Below, piece after piece: positions 57,647 through 64,000 of a DNA stretch of 64,000 nucleotides (position 1 is the stretch's first letter; each line of letters opens with the position of its first letter). Under the pieces are notes generated by a model that had not been told where the DNA came from, did no database searches, and was given only the letters and a program-made list of their open reading frames with translations. The position numbers were made by a program, and so were the translations under genes. Source of the DNA: an uncultured Gemmatimonadota bacterium (GTDB lineage Bacteria > Gemmatimonadota > Gemmatimonadetes > Palauibacterales > Palauibacteraceae); assembly GCA_964480515.1 (NCBI GenBank), contig CAYZOT010000005.1, positions 18,674 to 82,673 on the forward strand. Direction: 5' to 3'.

Positions 57647-58738
57647 ATGCCTGAGATTGATCCTCTGATCGAGCGATTGCGCGAAGCAGTAACTCGATAC
57701 GAAGAGCTTGGCCTTAAGATGGCTGATCCAGATGTGATCAGCGATATTGATCGATTACGGGAACTTGCTAAGGAGCATTCACAGCTTGAGCCCGTAGCTG
57801 CCGCCGCCACTCACCACTTCAAGATGCTTGATGAGTTAAATCAAGCTCGGGAGCTTGTTGCGAGCGGCGAAGATGCGGAGTTGACCGAACTTGCCCAAGC
57901 AGAGGTGGTGGCCCTCGAATCGGAGCGTCAGGAAGCGGAAGAACATCTACAGCGTTTGCTGGTACCCAAGGACCCCCTAGATGATCGTCCTGCGGTGGTC
58001 GAGATTCGGGCTGGCACTGGTGGAGATGAGGCTGCTTTATTTGCGGCCGATCTCTACCGCATGTATTCACGATTCGCGAGCGAATCTGGTTGGACCGTTG
58101 AGCTCGTGAGTTCTAGTGAGGGTACCCTTGGAGGACTCAAAGAAATCGTCTTTATTGCCAGGGGGAAGGAGGCATATGGACGCCTTCGTTATGAATCAGG
58201 TGTGCATCGAGTCCAACGCGTGCCTGAGACCGAAAGTCAGGGTCGAATCCACACTTCGGCGGCTACGGTGGCGGTCCTTCCAGAAGCGGAGGACGTGGAT
58301 GTCGAAATGGCTCAATCTGACCTCAAGATCGATGTGTTTCGGTCCTCGGGCCCTGGTGGACAATCTGTTAACACCACGGACTCTGCCGTACGAGTGACAC
58401 ATGTTCCCACGGGCTTGGTTGTTTCGTGTCAAGATGAAAAATCGCAGCACAAAAATAAAGCAAAGGCCCTGAAAGTCCTTCGCAGTCGGTTGTTAGATAG
58501 AATGATTGCAGAGCAGGAGACAGAGAGGGCGCGAGAGCGGCGGATGCAAGTTGGCACCGGCGATCGTTCCGCGAAGATCCGAACCTACAACTTCCCCCAA
58601 AACCGAATAACAGATCATCGTATTGGACTTACGACTCACCGTCTTGAAGCCATTCTTGGTGGCGATTTGGGCGAGTTGTGTGAGGCGCTGAGAATGGCAG
58701 GCGTTGAGGAACGGATGACTATGAGCCCCAAAGATTGA
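57647..58738 (+). CDS. prfA: Peptide chain release factor 1
   Basis: Has the GGQ motif ([17 protein letters not shown]) and the RF1-specific PxT-like region ([17 protein letters not shown], i.e. P-E-T). Placed at the ATG at 57647 (MPEIDP...); the ORF-track start is TTG 57638. Confidence 0.95.
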   Translation: MPEIDPLIERLREAVTRYEELGLKMADPDVISDIDRLRELAKEHSQLEPVAAAATHHFKMLDELNQARELVASGEDAELTELAQAEVVALESERQEAEEHLQRLLVPKDPLDDRPAVVEIRAGTGGDEAALFAADLYRMYSRFASESGWTVELVSSSEGTLGGLKEIVFIARGKEAYGRLRYESGVHRVQRVPETESQGRIHTSAATVAVLPEAEDVDVEMAQSDLKIDVFRSSGPGGQSVNTTDSAVRVTHVPTGLVVSCQDEKSQHKNKAKALKVLRSRLLDRMIAEQETERARERRMQVGTGDRSAKIRTYNFPQNRITDHRIGLTTHRLEAILGGDLGELCEALRMAGVEERMTMSPKD

Positions 58739-59637
58739 AGAGTGAGGTGCGTCGTCCAATCGGACCGACCCGGCGCGAGGTTGTGCAGGGGGTTGCCCGT
58801 GAACTCAGCTCTCAGGGCATAGAATCTTCTCGCCTTGAGGCGGAGCGATTGGTGGCAACAGTATTGGATGTGAAGCCTTCAGATCTTTTGGATCAAGGTG
58901 GAGTCCAGCTTGACCCCGCAACCGCGGGTCGAGTTGCGATGGCAGTAGCTCGCCGTCTAAACGGAGAACCCTTACAGCATATAGAAGGTACGGCCGAATT
59001 CCGCAGTATTGAATTGATTTCAGACACGCGTGCCCTGATTCCTCGTCCTGAGACTGAAGAGTTAGTCGATTACATCGAAGATTGGATTGGGAATCGTGCG
59101 CCGATAAATCGTGCCCTAGATATTGGAACGGGTTCGGGGGCTATCGCCCTAGCACTTCTCGATGAAGGACTGGTTAGTCACGTAGTGGGTCTAGACGTGT
59201 CTCAAGAAGCATTGGCTCAAGCGAAGGAAAACATTGAGAATAGTGGTATCGAAGGACTTGAACTCAGATTGTGTCAGTCGGACATTTGGTCCGCGATCTT
59301 ACCACAAGAGACTTTCGACCTCGTCGTTTCAAATCCGCCGTATGTCACCTCCATGGATTGGCGGACGTTAGATCCTAAGGTACGAGATTATGAGCCGCGG
59401 CTTGCCATTGACGGAGGACCAGATGGACTCAAGATCATACGACAGATAATCTCGGGGGCAGCTATTGCACTCGGACTGGGTGGCTGTGTGTTTCTCGAAA
59501 TTGACAGCTCAAAAGGCCCTGCAGTCCTCGACCTTCTTAGGTCAACTTCCGGGCTCTCTGAAGCACGCATCTCCTCGGACTTGTCAGGCAAACCGCGCTT
59601 TGCGAGCGCCATTAAGAGGACTGATCTGCGAGTGTAG
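58735..59637 (+). CDS. prmC: Release-factor glutamine N5-methyltransferase (PrmC/HemK)
   Basis: Has the NPPY motif (VVSNPPYV) and the SAM-binding motif [14 protein letters not shown]. It overlaps the prfA stop by 4 nt. The start codon as drawn is TTG. Confidence 0.85.
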   Translation: MKSEVRRPIGPTRREVVQGVARELSSQGIESSRLEAERLVATVLDVKPSDLLDQGGVQLDPATAGRVAMAVARRLNGEPLQHIEGTAEFRSIELISDTRALIPRPETEELVDYIEDWIGNRAPINRALDIGTGSGAIALALLDEGLVSHVVGLDVSQEALAQAKENIENSGIEGLELRLCQSDIWSAILPQETFDLVVSNPPYVTSMDWRTLDPKVRDYEPRLAIDGGPDGLKIIRQIISGAAIALGLGGCVFLEIDSSKGPAVLDLLRSTSGLSEARISSDLSGKPRFASAIKRTDLRV

Positions 59638-59781
59638 GTGTGAGTCGCGTCGGTGCCGAGTAGCGGTTATACTCGGTCGATGGATGCCGATCTGAGGGCA
59701 GATCCGTCAGCGTCCAACACTCCTGCCGATGATCACCGCACCATCGGTGTCAACGGCACTTCCTGATTTACGTGTGAGCGG

Positions 59782-60153
59782 GTGGTTATGGACGATCGAA
59801 AACGCATCTTCGAAAGAGCGGAAGAACTCGGGCGCGTTATCTCCCAAACGCCTGAATATGCTTATCTTGCTGCGGCACATCGAGAAATAAGTGATGATTC
59901 TAAAGCTACTGAGATGTTAAATAAGCTTCGAGGACTTCAGGAAGCGCTTCTCGAGGTGGTTGGAAAAGGGGAGACCCCAACCGAAGAACAAGAGAAGGAA
60001 TTCTCAGATCTGCAAGAAGAGATTCAGACTAGTACCCGCTACCAAGCCCTCGTCTCTTCCCAGGCCAATTTCGATAAGCTGATGGAGAAGGTCCACCGAG
60101 CGATCGGAGAAGGAATCCGTACGGGTGAGGAGAGTCGGATCATCATCCCATGA
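59782..60153 (+). CDS. YlbF/YmcA (UPF0342) family protein
   Basis: 123 aa and helical. The pattern MDDRKRIFERAEELGRVISQTPEYAYLAAAHREISDDSKATEMLNKLRGLQEAL matches the YlbF family N-terminal region. Confidence 0.45.
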   Translation: MVMDDRKRIFERAEELGRVISQTPEYAYLAAAHREISDDSKATEMLNKLRGLQEALLEVVGKGETPTEEQEKEFSDLQEEIQTSTRYQALVSSQANFDKLMEKVHRAIGEGIRTGEESRIIIP

Positions 60154-60815
60154 TGAAACCAGTACGAGATATGGGGGAACGTATTCTGCGGAAGACGTTC
60201 GAACCCATAATGGCCTGGCTGACCAAGCACCGAGTGCACCCTAATGTGATTAGCACGATCGGTTTCGTAGTCACTTGTGCATCGGGCTATTTTTTTCACC
60301 AACACATGGTAAGTAGGGCTGGGCTCCTGATTCTTCTGGGCGGTGTATTCGATCTGTTCGATGGCACGGTCGCTCGGCGGACTGGCCTCGCATCTTCTTT
60401 TGGGGCCTTTTACGATTCGACGTTAGACCGCCTGTCCGAGATCGTGGTGTATCTTGGCCTTTTATCGCTTTACAATGACTATCGGCTCGCGCTTGGTGAT
60501 GTCGCCATGATCTATTGGATTGTTGGGGCGATGGCTGGCTCTCTGATGATTAGTTACACGAGGGCGAGGGCTGAAGCCCTAAGGATCAAATGTTCTGTGG
60601 GCCTCATGCAGCGCCCGGAACGGGTGATCTTGCTCGGGTTTGCCGCGCTCATCTTTGGCGAGCGAGTGTACCTTGGCCAACAAGGGATGGTGCTTAAGGC
60701 TGTAATCATCTTGTTGGCTATTTTGACTAACTTGACTGCGGTGCAGCGAATTTGGTGGGTCTATCGTGCAACGCGTCCCGATGGCGAACCAAAACCTAGT
60801 CACGGGCTAGAATAG
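60150..60815 (+). CDS. CDP-alcohol phosphatidyltransferase (phosphatidylinositol-phosphate synthase-like size class)
   Basis: 221 aa and multi-TM. The CDP-OH_P_transf signature is D-x2-DG-x2-AR-x8-G-x3-D-x3-D, seen as FDLFDGTVARRTGLASSFGAFYDSTLDRLSE. The start overlaps the ylbF-like stop (ATGATG). Confidence 0.8.
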   Translation: MMKPVRDMGERILRKTFEPIMAWLTKHRVHPNVISTIGFVVTCASGYFFHQHMVSRAGLLILLGGVFDLFDGTVARRTGLASSFGAFYDSTLDRLSEIVVYLGLLSLYNDYRLALGDVAMIYWIVGAMAGSLMISYTRARAEALRIKCSVGLMQRPERVILLGFAALIFGERVYLGQQGMVLKAVIILLAILTNLTAVQRIWWVYRATRPDGEPKPSHGLE

Positions 60816-60842
60816 CCCGCCAAACCGGAGTAACTCACTACA

Positions 60843-62165
60843 GTGGAACTAAATAGATCGCCGGACCAGATCGATGCGCCCGAAGGCAAGCTCGGAGTAC
60901 TCCTTGTGGGGTTGGGTGCAGTGTCGACCACCTTCATCGCGGGGGTTGAGTCTGCTCGACGAGGTCTTGCAAAGCCGATTGGTTCACTGTCGCAAGTGAA
61001 CACGATTCGCCTCGGAAAACGAACGGACAGTCGAACGCCGCTCATTCGTGATTTTGTACCTCTCGCGAGTCTAGATGATCTTGTTTTTGGGGCGTGGGAT
61101 CCGATACCGGATAATGCCTTCAAGTCAGCGAGGGTGTGTGGCGTTCTTCGACCGGAGGACATTGATCCGTTGGAAGACTTCATGAGTGGAATTGAACCGA
61201 TGAGCGCAGCGTTCGATACCAACTATGTGAAAAAATTAGAGGGTTCGAACGTCAAAGAAGGTGCCAGTAAACGCGAACTGGCCGAACAGCTTCGCGCGGA
61301 TATTAGGAGGTTCAAGGAAGAACAGGGTTGTGATCGTCTAGTGATGATATGGGCGGCTTCCACTGAAATCTTCATGAAGCCGACAGATGTGCACAGCACA
61401 CTGGAGTCTTTTGAGAAAGCTATGGGTGAAGACGATCCGGCCATTGCCCCGTCGATGCTTTATGCATGGGCGGCTCTGAAAGAGAAGGTTCCGTTTGCCA
61501 ATGGGGCCCCTAATTTGACCTTAGACATCCCGGCACTTATCGACCTTTCCTTGGTGAACTCTGTGCCCATTGGAGGAAAGGATTTTAAGACCGGTCAAAC
61601 ATTGATGAAGACCATTATTGCACCGGGACTCAAGGCTCGTATGCTTGGCCTGAGTGGCTGGTTCTCAACAAATATTCTTGGTAATCGGGACGGTGAAGTC
61701 CTTGATGATCCGGAGAGTTTTAAGACTAAGGAAGAGTCGAAACTTGGAGCGCTAGAGCACATACTCCAACCGGAGATGTATCCGGACTTGTATGGCGAAA
61801 TGTATCACAAGGTCCGGATCAACTACTACCCACCGCGTGGCGACAACAAGGAGGGGTGGGACAATATCGATATCTTCGGCTGGATGGGGTACCCAATGCA
61901 GATAAAGATAGATTTCCTGTGTCGCGATTCGATCTTGGCAGCTCCCATTGTGTTAGATCTTGCGCTGTTTTTAGATCTTGCAGATCGAGCTGGGTTGTCG
62001 GGGATTCAGGAATGGCTCTCCTTCTATTTTAAAGCACCGCAAACGGCACCGGATCTTTACCCCGAGCATGACATCTTTATCCAACATTGGAAGCTGAAGA
62101 ACACGCTACGCTGGCTTATGGGAGAAGAGCAGATTACGCATCTGGGGGTTGAATACTACGACTGA
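60843..62165 (+). CDS. ino1: myo-Inositol-1-phosphate synthase (inositol-3-phosphate synthase)
   Basis: 440 aa. There is segment-by-segment similarity to archaeal/bacterial MIPS: NAD-binding KLGVLLVGLGAVSTTFIAG; SMLYAWAALKEKVPFANGAPNLTLDIPALIDLS; and GGKDFKTGQTLMKTIIAPGLKARMLGLSGWFSTNILGNRDGEVLDDPESFKTKEESK. Confidence 0.85.
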   Translation: MELNRSPDQIDAPEGKLGVLLVGLGAVSTTFIAGVESARRGLAKPIGSLSQVNTIRLGKRTDSRTPLIRDFVPLASLDDLVFGAWDPIPDNAFKSARVCGVLRPEDIDPLEDFMSGIEPMSAAFDTNYVKKLEGSNVKEGASKRELAEQLRADIRRFKEEQGCDRLVMIWAASTEIFMKPTDVHSTLESFEKAMGEDDPAIAPSMLYAWAALKEKVPFANGAPNLTLDIPALIDLSLVNSVPIGGKDFKTGQTLMKTIIAPGLKARMLGLSGWFSTNILGNRDGEVLDDPESFKTKEESKLGALEHILQPEMYPDLYGEMYHKVRINYYPPRGDNKEGWDNIDIFGWMGYPMQIKIDFLCRDSILAAPIVLDLALFLDLADRAGLSGIQEWLSFYFKAPQTAPDLYPEHDIFIQHWKLKNTLRWLMGEEQITHLGVEYYD

Positions 62166-62330
62166 CGGTCGCGACAAATTTTGCGGTTCGGCGCTCTTAT
62201 ATGGTGCTCCTTGTTGGATATGACGGTAGCGAACGGTTCGGGAGCAGTCTCTGGCACACTTTTTGTTACGACGGATCCTACATTTTGATCTGGACCATCC
62301 CGCTGTCACGTTATTCTTGGTGCATCCGAA

Positions 62331-62996
62331 TTGGACTACATGATCGAAATGGGTAAGCAAGGGCTGTTTATTGTTTTGGAAGGCCCGGAAGGCGCGGGAA
62401 AGTCTTACCAGATTGACCGGATATCGCGTTTTCTTGCTGGACGAGACATCCCACACGTCACGACGAGAGAACCGGGCGGCACACCTGCCGCAGAAGCCGT
62501 CCGCGAGGTGATCCTGCATCATCCAGAACTGAAGCTCGACGGAATGGCTGAGCTTTTCCTTTTCTCTGCTTCCCGCTACGAGCACCTAGAAACGCTCGTA
62601 CGCCCAGCCCTCAGCCGTGGCGAAGTGGTCCTTTGTGATCGCTTTGAACTTTCTACACGCGTCTACCAAGGGTTTGGGCGTGGGGTTTCACAAGAAACGA
62701 TCCGAACCATCACGACGGAGGCAACGGGTGGACTCCTTCCAGATCTGTATCTTGTTCTGGATGTTTCGATTTTAGTGGGTAAGGTTCGACAGGAAGTGGG
62801 CGGCAATGAACCAGATCGGATCGAGTTGGAAAAGAGCGAATTTATGGAACGTATCAGAGGAGGCTATCGGACACTCGCGATCGAAGATGACTGCATTGAA
62901 CTCATCGACGCGAGTGGTTCCCCGTCCAGTGTTGAAAAGACAATCTTATGTGTTCTGGCAAGCCATTTTCCAAACGTTTTTGGTGATGCCTACTGA
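62331..62996 (+). CDS. tmk: Thymidylate kinase (dTMP kinase)
   Basis: 221 aa. Has the P-loop LFIVLEGPEGAGKS in the Tmk context, the DRF/DRY motif (CDRFELSTRVYQGFG), and a lid region. The exact start among several N-terminal Met codons is uncertain. Confidence 0.8.
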   Translation: MDYMIEMGKQGLFIVLEGPEGAGKSYQIDRISRFLAGRDIPHVTTREPGGTPAAEAVREVILHHPELKLDGMAELFLFSASRYEHLETLVRPALSRGEVVLCDRFELSTRVYQGFGRGVSQETIRTITTEATGGLLPDLYLVLDVSILVGKVRQEVGGNEPDRIELEKSEFMERIRGGYRTLAIEDDCIELIDASGSPSSVEKTILCVLASHFPNVFGDAY

Positions 62997-63307
62997 TGCC
63001 AGTAATTTGATGCGCTGGGGCACTACAGGACGAAATGTAAGTATATGGGAGGATCCATCTGGGGGTCCTTTAAACGCTATACCTCGTCGTCGTCATCGCG
63101 CTTCTGACATCTTAGGATGGTGTACTGAACTTTCGCACTGCCTCAAGGATTACGAGATTGCCACGGACGAGATGAACTGAGGAGAACCTGGTTTCGACAG
63201 GGCTAGGTTGAAAAGCGCGAAAGCGGTTACGAATTTTCCTGGAATAGAACTCAGGCGACTTGGCGAATGATTGGTGGCAGGGTCTTGATGCGAAGAATGG
63301 AGGAGGG

Positions 63308-64000
63308 ATGAGAACGGACCGGTCATGGACAACCCCACTAGTGATTGGCGTAATTATGCTTACGAGTGGGGGATGGCTAATCAATAAAGGTGGTGAGGTA
63401 GGTGTGGCGGAGAGCCGTCGCCTTCTTGCTGAGGTCCATCGACTCCTTTCGGATCGGTTCGTCGATGAGGTTGAACCTGATGAACTTTATCAGATGGCAA
63501 TCGATGGAATGATTGAGAAGTTGGGTGATCCATACACGGACTTCCTCGACAGTCGAGATTGGGAAAATTTACGCTATAGTACCACGGGTAATTATGGAGG
63601 CCTCGGTGTCCGTATTGACCCGAAAGATGGCTGGATTACCGTCGTCCAAGTGCTCCCAAACACTCCGGCGTTGCGTCAAGGTCTCGAAGTTGGAGACCGG
63701 ATTATGGAGGTCGAGGGTGAGTCAGCAGAAGACTGGAGCTCGGAAAAGGCGGTCAGCGTTTTGCGGGGCCCGAAAGGGACGCCTGTAAACATTACAATCG
63801 GCCGTGTTGGTGTAGATCGGCCTCTCGCATTTCGAATTGTTCGAGGTGAGATCCAAGTGCAGCAGGCTCAGGGTTTCATGTTGACTGACGGGATTGGTTT
63901 TGTCGCATTACGTGGCTTTAGCCGTCAGGCGCAGGAGGAATTGGTCGCGAGTATCGACACTTTGATAGAAGCGGGCGCCCGCAGTCTGATCTTGGATTTG
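63308..64000 (+). CDS. ctpA: Partial (N-terminal ~230 aa; continues beyond window end) S41 C-terminal processing peptidase (CtpA/tail-specific protease family)
   Basis: My own translation: MRTDRSWTTPLVIGVIMLTSGGWLI (TM anchor)...NYGGLGVRIDPKDGWITVVQVLPNTPALRQGLEVGDRIMEVEGES (PDZ domain)...FVALRGFSRQAQEELVASIDTLIEAGARSLILDL (the S41 catalytic motif normally follows as LRNNGGG). Absent from the ORF track because the ORF is open at the window edge. Confidence 0.8.
   Translation, partial: MRTDRSWTTPLVIGVIMLTSGGWLINKGGEVGVAESRRLLAEVHRLLSDRFVDEVEPDELYQMAIDGMIEKLGDPYTDFLDSRDWENLRYSTTGNYGGLGVRIDPKDGWITVVQVLPNTPALRQGLEVGDRIMEVEGESAEDWSSEKAVSVLRGPKGTPVNITIGRVGVDRPLAFRIVRGEIQVQQAQGFMLTDGIGFVALRGFSRQAQEELVASIDTLIEAGARSLILDL

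Noticed and set aside
62806-63384. ORFs 62806..63180 (+) and 63112..63384 (-) between tmk and ctpA
   Set aside because: The first overlaps the 3' end of tmk in another frame. The second is antisense to the ctpA start region. Neither has a recognisable motif or RBS; this is treated as a ~310-nt intergenic region.
1-64000. Search for CRISPR arrays, restriction–modification/defence genes, integrases, transposases, phage genes or long direct/inverted repeats
   Set aside because: None were observed. There are no repeat-spacer periodicity, no helicase/nuclease/DNA-methyltransferase motifs (the only MTase is PrmC), no integrase or transposase signatures and no tRNA attachment sites. The window appears to be core-like chromosomal DNA and not a mobile or defence island, although compositional statistics could not be computed.

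Overview
This 64 kb window is densely coding chromosomal DNA of moderately high GC content (not computed), with no rRNA, tRNA, CRISPR array, integrase or transposase detected. All calls rest on motif-level reading of the six-frame translations, because no homology search could be run. The content points to a secreted/periplasmic peptide- and amino-acid-scavenging lifestyle. There are five paralogous S9 (prolyl-oligopeptidase family) serine peptidases with TolB-like propellers, an M1-type zinc aminopeptidase, an Ntn (penicillin-acylase family) amidase, a partial beta-lactamase-like serine hydrolase and an S41 C-terminal processing peptidase. Transport and catabolism genes include a sodium:solute symporter, an alanine/glycine:cation symporter, a class IV aminotransferase, a thiolase, a family III CoA-transferase and an SDR oxidoreductase. 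Periplasmic redox genes comprise two PQQ-dependent dehydrogenase loci (one with a separate di-haem cytochrome c, one a fused quinohaemoprotein) and a YVTN-propeller/di-haem cytochrome c pair. A methionine-synthesis module contains metH, a fused homocysteine-methyltransferase/MTHFR (yitJ-like) gene and an extra convergent MTHFR paralogue, with a terminator-bearing leader upstream of metH. A housekeeping run contains rpmE, prfA, prmC, ylbF-like, a CDP-alcohol phosphatidyltransferase, myo-inositol-1-phosphate synthase and tmk. No defence or mobile-element system was found. The most unusual arrangements are: (i) an agmatinase/arginase-family gene translationally coupled to a possible YqcI/YcgG (DcsA/GntA-like) haem protein; (ii) an enolase-superfamily (NSAR/OSBS-like)–GNAT–S9 peptidase–SDR operon; (iii) a DMFase-large-subunit-like–aminotransferase-IV–giant BNR-repeat protein operon; (iv) an S9 peptidase–Tat-FAD oxidoreductase–Ntn acylase periplasmic module; and (v) a PQQ dehydrogenase lacking the vicinal Cys-Cys but with a possible lanthanide-type Asp.
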